This document shows positions 22,919 through 33,576 of a stretch of DNA of 35,567 bases, piece after piece. The stretch comes from Nemertoderma westbladi (lineage: Eukaryota > Animalia > Xenacoelomorpha): positions 1 through 35,567 of the forward strand of contig JAUCBJ010003049.1 of the NCBI GenBank assembly GCA_032718475.1. Reading direction: 5' to 3'. Under the pieces are notes generated by a model. The model saw nothing but the letters and a program-made list of their open reading frames with translations. It made no database searches and had not been told where the DNA came from. Positions within the stretch are counted from its first letter, which is position 1, and the number at the start of each line of letters is the position of its first letter. The translations under genes and the position numbers were made by a program.

Positions 22919-23077
22919 TAGCTCCTTTTAACGAATTCATTAAAAAGGTTCTATCTTAGAACTTCTATGTGGTTAAGATAGCGCCTTTCTAATGATTGGT
23001 TAGAAAGATGCAATGTCTATATAGTTCCTGAGATAGCTCCTTTTCAATGAATTCATTAGAAAGGCGCTATCTTAGAA
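22919..23077. repeat. Three tandem self-complementary units (~56-bp period)
   Basis: Each unit approximates AGATAGCNCCTTT...AATGAATTCATTA.AAAGGNNCTATCT. 22974-22995 is an exact 22-bp reverse complement of 23053-23074. Confidence 0.75.
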
Positions 23078-23329
23078 TTTTGTTGACCAATTACATAAGT
23101 TAAATTTCCACAGTTTGGAAGAAAACTAAGATTTACTGACTTTTCACTTAACTGACTTTTTATTGCCACATAACGCTATATGTATGTATGTATGCTGTAT
23201 GCATTTCATAATGCTCGATGTTCCACATAATTTATTATCTTACATATGACTTACTATTTGGGTACACAACACATGAGTTATAATTATGGTTGATCCTGAC
23301 ACTACTGAAGAGCGGGATAAACACCATAA

Positions 23330-23980
23330 TACACGTTCGTGGGGACTTCGCGCAGCACGTAGTCGGCAAGCCTTGGCATACGGTTCATATAGAGCAAATG
23401 GGGCATGTCTAGTTTGGACCCCATATCCCATGCTATAAATGTATTCATTCGATATACAATCATATGTTAATCCGCTAGGTGGTGTCAAATTGTTATTCTG
23501 CAATTTCGTACTTACCAGTGCAGCACTGTACAGCAGTACCGTACCGGTAGGCCTATGTCATTACTTCTGAGTCTCTAGCGGATCCCCAATTAAATGTCTT
23601 AACTTTTCAATTTCGTAAAAGATAGACTTCATGATTCTCTACAGGCCACCAAAATTTCAGCTCAGGAAAATGAGGCCTTCCCGAGAAATTTAACATTTTC
23701 TAAAAACCACATAATCTGTCGTAGCTGACGTCAGACTGCATGATTTTTCACCAAACTTTACAAACTTTCTAAACTTTCTCTCTACTACTTACCTACTAAG
23801 TTTGGTTCAATTCCGAACGAGCGATGCCGAGAAATTCGCGTTCAAACATTTACCAGACAGACGGACAGACAGACAGACGGACAGACAGACAGACGGACAG
23901 ACAGACAGACGGACATGCCCCATTTGCCCTATATGAACCGTATGCAAAGGCTCGCCGACTACGTGTCTCGCCCCACAATT
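23330..23980 (-). mobile_element. Non-autonomous element with DINE-1/Helentron-like layout (subterminal inverted repeats plus (GTCY)n microsatellite)
   Basis: About 55-bp inverted repeats at 23356-23409 and 23912-23965, with a (CAGA/CGGA)n tract at 23854-23914 just inside one of them. The family assignment is inferred from architecture only. Confidence 0.6.
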
Positions 23981-24453
23981 AAACATGTACCGGTACCGGT
24001 ATATATCTAGGCTCATCGGTATATAAAAACTAAAATACCGCTACTTTTGCTTGGCTTCTTTCTGGAAGCAATGAAAGTATATAATATATCCTAAATAATT
24101 GAATTACCGGTACCGGTTGTGCCATTATGGTGTATTATTAAGTGGAGATGATAAACTTTGGCTGTCATGGAAAATATACCGGTAACCGTGCACTACAGCA
24201 CTAGGCTAGGCCGTGCAAGTGCAACAGTAACATTGGTTAATATCTTAATTATAGTTAATTATTAGGCCTATAATGTAAACTAAACACGTTATTTAATATT
24301 TATGGTGTATTTAATACATTTTTTCTTTATCAAATACTTTTCCTAGTTTGAATGGAAATCATAACAGTCAAATCATTATATAAATTGTGATGCCTTACAA
24401 ACTAACAAACCAATAACAACGATCTCATCACAAGTATCCAAATGACAACGCAC

Positions 24454-25080
24454 CTGCTGGATCTCTGTGGTGTAATCCTTCAGAGAGTTATCGTAGGTGC
24501 TCCCCACACCGAACTTCTCCTCGTTCCTTTTAAACATTTCATCGGGGTCCCACCCGTTATCCTGTCCCCCATCCAACGCGACATCCACATCCCCAGCCGA
24601 CCCGCACGAGGTACCCAGATCCCAGGGTGTCAACTCCCGCTCGCCGTTCAACGAACAGCTGTTCACGTCCCCAGTGATTCCGCTGAGCGCCGAGTCCGTA
24701 AAGCTATCTTTAAGAGCGTAGTTGAGGTCTACAGAGAGGGCGGTCATAGTGACAACATCCTGAGACATAAATACAACCGTCTCGGCTAACGTCATCTTAT
24801 TAGGAAGAGCTTTCGGATCATCTGGATCGATTCTGTGTACCATCTCCACTAAGAACTGACACTTTGGGCCCAACGTACGGAAAACTCCCTCGTAAGAAGC
24901 GCCGTTCCTACACTGGATACTAACATTGGAACCGACCAACGACATAACAGCGTGAACAAAGAACGGGTTCGCATACACCCCGTCGTATATATCCACCGGC
25001 GGATACGGGGTATTCGCGTTACCTTTACGCCGGTTAGCGGCACTCGTAGGTCGATTTTTGTTATTCTTGCGGCCGCTCAT
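24454..25080 (-). CDS. ATXN2: Ataxin-2 homologue, exon 1 (LSm/SM-ATX domain and start of LsmAD)
   Basis: ATG in a CAAAATG context. GVYANPFFVHAVMSLVGSNVSIQCRNGASYEGVFRTL (LSm), SFTDSALS, ERELTPW and NGWDPDEMFKRNEEKFGVGSTYDNSLKDYT (LsmAD) are hallmark ataxin-2 motifs. The exon has 209 codons up to the GT donor. Confidence 0.95.
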
Positions 25081-25272
25081 TTTGCGATTGAAGTTTCTAC
25101 ATATACAGTTGAATGGAATCGTAGTTGTCAGTTGTAGGTGAATAACAATAAGCGATTAATAATATAAAAATTTATAATAACTAGTTGACTAGGGGCCTAG
25201 CTGCCTGCCTAGTATGATTATATGGTATGACTGACTGCAGGACTTGAGGACTATTTCAGCAGTCGGGCACTT

Positions 25273-25549
25273 TGTCAATATTGACATGTGTCAATATTGA
25301 CATGTAGAGCTAGTTTCTCCAGGATGGGGCATGTCAAAATTGACATGGACATGTCAATATTGACATTTTTTTACCTGACGTGTTCAAATATTTCCAGACG
25401 TGTTTTTTAAATAGGCCTATAAAAATCGAAATTATAAGTAAATTAGAAACTTTTGACCGTGCGGAAATTTTTTTCACTGTGCCGTTTAGTTAATATAAAT
25501 ACTTAAAGTTTTTCTCATGTTAAAATTGACAGACATGTCAAAATTGACA
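25273..25549. repeat. Six copies (three pairs) of the 14-bp palindrome TGTCAAWATTGACA upstream of the ataxin-2 ATG
   Basis: Copies start at 25273, 25289, 25332, 25352, 25518 (one mismatch) and 25536. Confidence 0.85.
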
Positions 25550-25825
25550 TGTAATGATGAGAACAGAAGTGTGGGGTTAGGCCACACCACCCTATAGACT
25601 ATACTATAACTGTATAACTAGGTATAATTTATACCTGACAAAGACTGAAAGATACATCAGTACATACTGACAGATTGCTGGATTACGCTTAGGCCTAATG
25701 TTTTTATAATATATCTTAGGCTACACTTACTGTCTTATCCACTTAACACGGTGTAGCAGCTTTTAATAATTTGTTAACAATAAATTTAGCATCTCTGGTT
25801 CCTTGCCTGCTTGCTGCCTTGAGAC

Positions 25826-25955
25826 GGGGGGGGGGGGGGGGGGGGGGGGATTGGACGTTTTATTTTTGAGAGTAATCATCTGTTATTTGCGTCCAATTTC
25901 CCCTGGAGAGGGATGAATTTTTATTGCGTCCAGTCCCCCCCCCCCCCCCCCCCCT
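25826..25955. mobile_element. Short copy of a dispersed repeat bounded by polyG-TGGACG...GCGTCCAGT-polyC
   Basis: About 65 bp (TAATCATCTGTTATTTGCGTC...TTATTGCGTCCAGT) is nearly identical to 32744-32806. Confidence 0.6.
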
Positions 25956-26149
25956 TTTAGAGAAGTAGGCCAAATAAATAATTGTAGTTCTCCCCAACCA
26001 TCTCTCGTACCTCCCAGCTGCCCAGTGTCTGAGTGTTTTTGTTTTTTTCAGTATTGGCGATTGGCTTGGCATGTTACAGTGTTAACACTACTGTATGTTT
26101 TCAGGGTGGTCTGATCATTTATATTATTTGGCATTTAGTTTCAGTATCT

Positions 26150-29100
26150 GTCGGTATACCTTATCAACCGTTTCAACAGTCCTTTTCAGTATTTCCCATG
26201 CATGCAGCACGAAGGCCTCTGAATTGTTTCAACAATTCGTATTTGCATGGTTGGAAAATTGCGATGATCGCAAAGGCTTCAGAACAGTTTCAAAACCTTT
26301 TACAGTTTCAAAGCATTTCACATGCTGCGCAAAGGCCTGGATAATATCGCAGCTATTTCAGTATTATCAAGCTGCACAAAGACCTCTGAACAACTTAAAC
26401 AGCTCATTTCAGCATTTATCATGCTTTACGAATTCCTTTTAACAGTTTCAACAGCTCTTTTCAGCCTTTCTCATGCTACATGAACTCATGAAGGTCTCTG
26501 AACAGTTCTAACGGCTATTTTCAACATTTCTCATGTTGCACGAAGCCCTCGGAACAATTTAAACTGTTCTTTTCAGCATTTATCATGCTGCATGAAGGAC
26601 TCTGAACAGTTTTATCAGCTCTTTTCAGTATTTCTCATGCTGCATGAAGGCCTTTTAGCAGTTTCAACAGCCCTTTTCAGCATTTATCATGCTGCACGAA
26701 GGCATCTGAACAGTTTCAACAGCTATTTTCGGCATTCTCATATTGCACAAAGCCCTCTGAACTGAACAACTTCAAATATTATTTTCAGCATTTATCATGC
26801 TGCCTTGAGGACTCTGACAGTTGTATCAGCTCTTTTCAGTATTTATCATGCTGCATGAAGGCCTTTTAGCAGTTTCAACAGCCCTTTTCAGCATTTATCA
26901 TGCTGCACGAAGGCAGCTGAACAGTTTCAACAGCTATTTTCGGCATTCTCATATTGCACCAAGCCCTCTGAACAACTTCAAATGTTATTTCCAGCATTTA
27001 TCATGCTGTATGATGGCCTTTTAGCAGTTTTAACAGCCCTTTTCAGCATTTATCATGCTGCACGACGGCATCTGAACAGTTTCAACAGCTATTTTCTGAT
27101 TTTCGGCATTATCATATTGCACAAAGCCCTCTGAACTGATGAACTGAACAACTTCAAATGTTATTTTCAGCATTTATCATGCTGCATGAAGCCCTTTTAG
27201 CAGTTTTAACACCCATTTTCAGCATTTATCATGATGCACGAATGACTCTGAATAGTTTTATCAGCTCTTTTCAGTATTTCTCATGCTGCATGAAGGCCTT
27301 TTAGCAGTTTTAACAGCCCTTTTCAGCATTTATCATGCTGCATGAATGAATCTGAACAGTTTCATCAGCTCTTTTCAGTATTTATCATGCTGCATGAAGG
27401 CTTTTTAGCAGTTTTAACAGCCCTTTTCAGCATTTATATATCATGCTGCATGAAGGCATCTGAACAGTTTCAACAGCTATTTTCTGATTTTCGGCATTCT
27501 CATATTGCACAAAGCCCTCTGAACTGATGAACTGAACAACTTCAAATGTTATTTTCAGCATTTATCATGCTGCATGAAGGCCTTTTAGCAGTTTTAACAC
27601 CCCTTTTCAGCATTTATCATGATGCACGAATGACTCTGAATAGTTTTATCAGCTCTTTTCAGTATTTCTCATGCTGCATGAAGGCCCTTTAGCAGTTGTA
27701 ACAGCCCTTTTCAGCATTTATCATGCTGCATGTAGGACAGTGAACAGTTTTATCAACTCTTTTCAGTATTTATCATGCTGCATGAAGGCCTTTTGCTTTT
27801 AGCAGTTTTAACGGCCCTTTTCAGCATTTATCATGATGCACGAAGGACTCTGAACAGTTTTATCAGCTCTGTTCAGTATTTCTCATGCTGCATGAAGGCC
27901 TTTTAGCAGTTTTAACAGCCCTTTTCAGCATCTATCATGCTGCATGAAGGACTCTGAACAGTTTCATCAGCTCTTTTCAGTATTTCTCATGCTGCATGAA
28001 GGCCTTTTAGCAGTTTCAACAGCCAGACAGCCCTTTTCAGGATTTATCATGCTGCACGAAGGCCTCTCAACAGTTTCAACAGCAATTTTCAGCATTCTCA
28101 TTAGGGCTCGATCGGAGCTCCGGCCTCCGGCTCCGGCTCCGGCCATTTTGGCACCTCCGGCTCCTGCTCCGGCTCCGGTAAAAATATTGCCGGAGTTAAT
28201 TTTTTAATAAAGTATTATATTTCGTGCATATTCTAATCTGAACAATTATTTAACACTATAAGTACTGTAGTACAGCTTCAATATCAATGTAACCTGTAAT
28301 CTGATAATACTGTAATACTGCAGTATTTACTTAAAGTCAATGACAATGACTGACTGACTGTACTGCAGTACTGGTACTGGCCAGCTGGCTGACTAGCAGA
28401 CTATTACAGATAGGCCCTAACTTTAAAAAATTGTAAATGCTATGATTGTACACTGTCAGACTGTACCACTGCAGCCATTTACTGCTGTCATGCCAGCATA
28501 CTGTACTGCAGTACTGGTACACGTACGGTAGGCTACCTACAGTACAAGCAGACAAGTACACACCTCTACCACAGTTAGACAGTTAGCGAGGTAGGTACTG
28601 TAGGTAATTTTTAGCCGTCAGCGTCAGGCCGTCGCCGTCAGCATCAGGCCGTCGCCGTCAGCATCAGGCCGTCGCCGTCAGCGTCAGGCCGTCTGTCCAT
28701 GATAAATTAATTAGGCCTACTTAAATTTTAAATTGAAAATTCGTAAATCTATAAATTATGAAATTAATTAGACCTACAGTATGATTGATTATGAGCGATT
28801 GGCGAACGATAACCATACTTTATTTTTTTTTAAATAAATAATTAAATTTTTAAAATTTTTGAAAAACTCCGGCTCCTGCTCCGGCCAAATTGTCCAACTC
28901 CGGCTCCTGCTCCGGCTCCGGCCAAATCCCAACTCCGATCGAGCCCTAATTCTCATATTGCACAAAGCACTCTGAACCACTTCAAATGTTATTTTCAGCA
29001 TTTATAATGCTGCATGAAGGACTTTGAACAGTTTTATAACTTTCAACAGCAATTTTCAGCATTTCTCATGTTGCACGAAGCCATCTGAACAGTTTCAAGC

Positions 29101-29539
29101 TTTCAACTGTTATTTTCAGCATTTTATCATGCTGCATGAAGAACTCTGAACAGTTTTATCAACTCTTTTCAGTATTTCACATTCTGTGCGAAGGCCTGAA
29201 AGTTTCAAAACTTATTTTCAGTCAGTTTCAAGCTGCTCGAAGACCTCTGAACAGTTTCAACAGCTCTTTTCCGCATTTATCATGCTGCACAAAGCTCTCA
29301 ATAGTTTCAACATCTCTTTTCGGCGTTTATCATGCTGCACAAAGGTCTCTGAGCTGCGGAGCAGTTTTATCGGTTCTTTTCAGTTTTTCTCATGATACAT
29401 GAAACCCTCTGAACAATTTCAACTCCACGTTTCAACATTTATCATGCTGCACAAAGGACTCTGAACAGTTTTAGTAGCTCTTTTTCAGTATTCAACATGC
29501 TGCACGAAGGCCTGAATAGTTTCAAAAGCTCTTTTCAGT
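26150..29539. repeat. Diverged tandem array of a ~52-bp unit (CAGCATTTATCATGCTGCATGAAGG...GAACAGTTTCAACAGCTCTTTT), interrupted at 28102-28948
   Basis: A period of 52 was measured between 26574 and 26626. Sub-types alternate in the centre and the edges are more decayed. Confidence 0.95.
28102..28948. mobile_element. Non-autonomous hAT-type transposon (847 bp)
   Basis: Perfect 16-bp TIRs TAGGGCTCGATCGGAG/CTCCGATCGAGCCCTA and a perfect 8-bp TSD ATTCTCAT (28094-28101 and 28949-28956). It has (CTCCGG)n subterminal repeats and an internal 21-bp tandem repeat at ~28615-28693. Confidence 0.92.
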
Positions 29540-29552
29540 AGGCCTACAATCA

Positions 29553-30927
29553 ACAATGGCCAAATCTGGCAATGATTGTGATTGCCATATTTGGCAACCA
29601 ACTGACCAAGCAAAATCTGGCAACATTTCTGATTGCCTCATTTAGCAACTATATATAGGGGCCTAAAGCCATTGTTGCCATATTTGGCAACTTGGCAGTA
29701 AGGGCCAGGTTATACTTATACCGGTAGTGGCATATTCCAGTATTCTAAGTTCTAACTAACCAATACAGCAATATATCCTAATAAATCGTAAATAAGGCGT
29801 AAGGTTGAAGGTGAGAATGACTGAATGAGAATCAATAACACAAACCTGCAATGCAAACACAGACTGACTTGACTGGCAACTGGTGATAGTTTATTATTGC
29901 TAGTAATCTCTGGCGCTGCTTGGGGAGGTGTTTGATTGATGTTTGTACCAATACTGTAATAATAGTTAAAGATTGTAACTGTCTGACTCACTGACTGTGT
30001 AGGCTAATGCTGATACAATTGCCCTGCAATCTAAATCATCCTTCACTCACAGTTCAGTATATCTATATTTCCATTCAGTGCCATTCCTACATAAAGACAT
30101 ATAATGAAAATAATTTCATCCCGTTTTTCATTAGGGCCTACGCTTACTAGAAACAATTTGGTTGAATCTCTTAACACGCGTTTTGGTCTGTTGGTTTTCT
30201 CAGTCTTTCTAAATTTTGAATTTTGACACAAATTCGATTTTTCTTCTGTCACACCGTTTCTCAAACTTTAACTGTTTAATGCCCCCTTGCCTGCTTGTTG
30301 CCTTGTGGTGACTGGGTGATGTTCACGTTGTAAATTTTATTACGTTTAGTTCCATTTCAGCCTTTGAAGCATGTGATTCTTTAGTTTTGTTTATGCCTAT
30401 ACCATACAGCGGTATACAGATGTACCAGGCTGCCAGTACGGTATCTGTTACCTGGCAGCCTGGTTACAAACTCATCCATCTGTCCATAACATATTAACAA
30501 CATACAGACATATCATATACATTCTGACATTTCATCGACTAATGTTTATAAATCATCACAACTCGACAAGGGTGAAGGGTAAGCAAGCAGTAAGCAATTT
30601 TGAAGTACCGGTAATTTACAATGACAGGACAGAGTACCGGTAACTGACAGGGCTGCACAATAATAATTGTTGCCAAAAATGGCAATAATTATTTTAGGCA
30701 CTTTTCGGCCTATTGCCAGATTGAGCTGTATTGCTAAGAGATTTTTTTTCTTATACGGTCAATTATATTTAAATTTTGCACTCTTTTCACTTCCCGCACT
30801 TACCTATTTACCAAAATGCGATTTTGCTTCTGGGCGTGCGAAAATTAGAAAAACCAAAAGTTGCCAGATTTGGCAATAAACATTGCCATATGTGGCAACT
30901 GTTGAGGTTGCCAGATTTGGCCATTGT
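29553..30927. mobile_element. Non-autonomous TIR element with subterminal TTGCCA-N4-TGGCAA palindromes
   Basis: ACAATGGCCAAATCTGGCAA (29553-72) is the exact reverse complement of TTGCCAGATTTGGCCATTGT (30908-27). Several TTGCCANATNTGGCAA copies lie near both ends. A TSD is not evident. Confidence 0.7.
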
Positions 30928-31981
30928 ACCTAACTGGATATTACTGTATTATACTGTTAAAGGCCTATTACTGTATTACAGTATTAGTACGGTATTACAG
31001 TATTACAGTACAGCAGTAGTACAGTATTAATAATAATTAATAATAATAATAATAAGAGTCTGGGAGAAGTTCAAATTTCCGGCAGCATGCAGGCATGTGA
31101 TGGTATTGAAAGATGGGAAGCCATGCCATGAGGATGTAAATTGCGGACATACAAGGTATCAGATAGGAATTGGAATTGTTTAATTGACATTAAATATAAA
31201 AAATAAAATAGGAGCTAACAATAAGCATAGATAAGAACATATACAAGAGACACGATAAGAACATATACAAGAGACACGATAACCATTACAAACAATGAAC
31301 ATGTGAAAAAAGTATAGTAAATAGAGTATAGTATAGTGAGTACAGCAAATAAAATTTTTAAATTATACGTATTGTGAATAAAATTGTAAATTTATACACA
31401 GATACATACAGTACGGTCACGATACAGTCGGTCACGTCACGATACAGTCGGTCACACACAGTACAAGTCCTGGTTCATAATGGTTCGCAAGGGTAATTCT
31501 ATCGTTATCATATCACGGCAGAACTGATGTGTTGTGATTTTATACGATAATAGTGGCTGGTGATCTAATGTCGGGGATAGCCCCAAGAGACAGAGTCTCG
31601 TTTCCATGGGGGTCCCCAATATCCAGTAGATAAATGGTAGGATGTGTAAAAACACAAGGATGAACTGCACCAAGGATAAAAATAGAAGTAAAGACGGGCG
31701 GGCATCAAAGAGCTCGTGCGTTTTTGCAGTATAAATACAATATTGAGTAAAAATAACTGTACAGTACTTTTAAATATAACTAAATTATAGGTAGGGGGTG
31801 GTATAGTAAAAATACAGTGGTGAATAAAAAATGAATGAAACAATTGGGTAAAAAATACAAATACGGGCATTAAAATCATGCGTTTGTAGCATAAAAACAA
31901 TGTTAAGTAAAAATAAGTAAAAATAACTGCACATGGTTACCATATACGATAGTACAGTATTTCCAGGTCTATCTTTTACCT

Positions 31982-32055
31982 GATCCGTTAGCTGAATGGT
32001 TAGAGCGTCAGACTTCCAACCCGGAGGTCACCAGTTCGATCCCAGCTGGAAGTCA
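31982..32055 (+). pseudogene. tRNA-like sequence (tRNA pseudogene or tRNA-derived SINE head)
   Basis: A box TAGCTGAATGG (31989-99), partial D-arm pairing, loop CTTCCAA and a B-box-like AGTTCGATCCC (32033-43) at tRNA spacing. The anticodon, T and acceptor stems pair poorly. Confidence 0.65.
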
Positions 32056-32199
32056 TTGCCGTTTTGGCAAAAAGCTGCGCCCAACAAAAAGTTATAATAA
32101 TATGAAACCACTCATTCACCCATAACACCAATAATAAACTATAAAATATACCGGTCGCAATTCTCTATGGGTGTAACTGGGTACTACCTAAATTAGTAG

Positions 32200-32287
32200 T
32201 TAGCAAAAAAGCAAAGCAAACAGTCGGCTGAAGCCGGAGGCGACCCGAAGGCTCCTCTTTCGATAGCTGCTACCCGAGGGTAGGGGT
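32200..32287 (-). mobile_element. Possible truncated SINE 3' end with (GCTTT)n-like tail
   Basis: GGCGACCCGAAGGCTCCTCTTTCGATAGCTGCTACCCGAGGGTAGGGG resembles, from memory, the 3' part of invertebrate tRNA-derived SINEs. It is preceded by AGCAAAAAAGCAAAGCAAA and ends abruptly before the 21-bp repeats. Confidence 0.4.
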
Positions 32288-32298
32288 CCGTCTAAAAG

Positions 32299-32403
32299 CC
32301 ACATCGGACCCAATCGGTACCACATCGGACCAAATCGGACCACATCGGACCACATCGGGGCCACATCGGACCACATCGGGGCCACATCGGAGCCACATCG
32401 GCC
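32299..32403. repeat. Short array of CCACATCGG-based 10/11/21-bp units
   Basis: Same motif family as the arrays at 32964 onward. Confidence 0.9.
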
Positions 32404-32607
32404 ACAAATTAGCAATTTAGGATGTAAATAACAAGTTCCAGCACCAACTGACCAAACTCGTATCAGTAATTCAGTAATTGTTAGTCTTTCTGACAACAGG
32501 TCAGGCTGGTAACCGGTACTGCACTGCAGTAGGTACTAGATACTAGAATATCTAATGCAGAGACTATTGCCCCTACTTATACAGCAGTACAGTACAGTAC
32601 TGGACAG

Positions 32608-32831
32608 CTGGACGCAAATCCCATCTTGGCGAATTAATATCCCGCCTCAATGTTATATTCTCAATTTAGGGAAAGGAGCAGGTTGCAGTGGCACGTTATA
32701 TTAACCAAAACAATAAACTAAACACAATTATTATTTTTGATATTAATCATCTGTTATTTGCGTCGAATTTCCCCTGGAGAGGGAGGAATGTTTATTGCGT
32801 CCAGTTCCCCCACCCCCCCCCCCCCCCCCCT
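32608..32831. mobile_element. Longer copy of the repeat at 25826-25955 with short inverted ends CTGGACGCAA/TTGCGTCCAG
   Basis: It shares a ~65-bp block and poly-C end with 25872-25955. The inverted 10-mers are at ~32608 and ~32795. Confidence 0.55.
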
Positions 32832-32963
32832 ATCTGAATAATTTTGAGCTGAGCAAATATGTAGTACCACACCTTTGGCTGAGAGTTAGTGAAGCCTTTG
32901 ATGCTGTTATTCTGATGTTCTGTTATCTGGTTATGTTCCAACTTTAAACGTTAACAACGTTCA

Positions 32964-33460
32964 TACATCGGTCCCAATCGGTACCACATCGGACCAAATC
33001 GGTACCACATCGGACCTAATGGGTACGAAATCGGACCCAATCGGTACCACATCGGACCAAATCGGTACCACATCGGACCCAATCGGTACCACATCGGACC
33101 AAATCGGTACCACATCGGAACCAATCGGTACCACATCGGACCAAATTGGTACCACATCGGACCTAATGGGTACGACATCGGACCCAATCGGTACCACATC
33201 GGACCCAATTGGAACCACATCGGACCCAATTGGTACCACATCGGACCAAATCGGCACCACATCGGGCCCAATCGGTACCACATCGGACCAAATCGGTACC
33301 ACATCGGTCCTAATGGGTACCACATCGGACCCAATCGGTACCACATCGGACCCAAACGGTACCTCATCGGAACCAATCGGTACCACATCGGACCCAATCG
33401 GTACCACATCGGTACCACATCGGCCCAATCGGTTCCACATCGGACCCAATCGGTACCACA
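32964..33460. repeat. 21-bp minisatellite CCACATCGGACC(C/A)AATCGGTA, inverted relative to the downstream arrays
   Basis: Directly visible, about 23 copies. Confidence 0.98.
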
Positions 33461-33576
33461 CCATTCTCAAAAAGGTTCCAAGCCAGACTCAAAAGGTACC
33501 AGCCCGGACCAAAGCTACTGGTCGCAATCAGCACCGATGTGGCTCCGATGTGGCACCAATTGGGTTCGAATTGGTA

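Larger units (their letters stand above)
20149..24453 (-). other. 4305-bp GT-AG intron of the ataxin-2 homologue
   Basis: Donor CAG|GTGCGT at 24454/24453 and acceptor CAG at 20151-20149. Splicing restores the continuous LsmAD sequence YTTEIQQ-DNSDEFLKRE. Confidence 0.88.

Noticed and set aside
24376-24453. C-terminal VRCHLDTC...QFI of the 234-aa ORF
   Set aside because: This is read-through into the intron. Homology stops at the GT donor and resumes in exon 2.
26033-29402. Short ORFs in the 52-bp array
   Set aside because: They are repeat-derived, the unit length is not a multiple of three, and no domain is recognisable.
31028-31900. Possible minus-strand LINE 3' UTR ((TAA)n tract, GGACCCCCATGGAAA stem) and small tandem duplications
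   Set aside because: No ORF2 peptide was found to anchor it and the boundaries are undefined.
31982-32055. Functional tRNA-Gly(TCC)
   Set aside because: The anticodon, T and acceptor stems are mispaired, so it is kept only as a pseudogene or SINE head.
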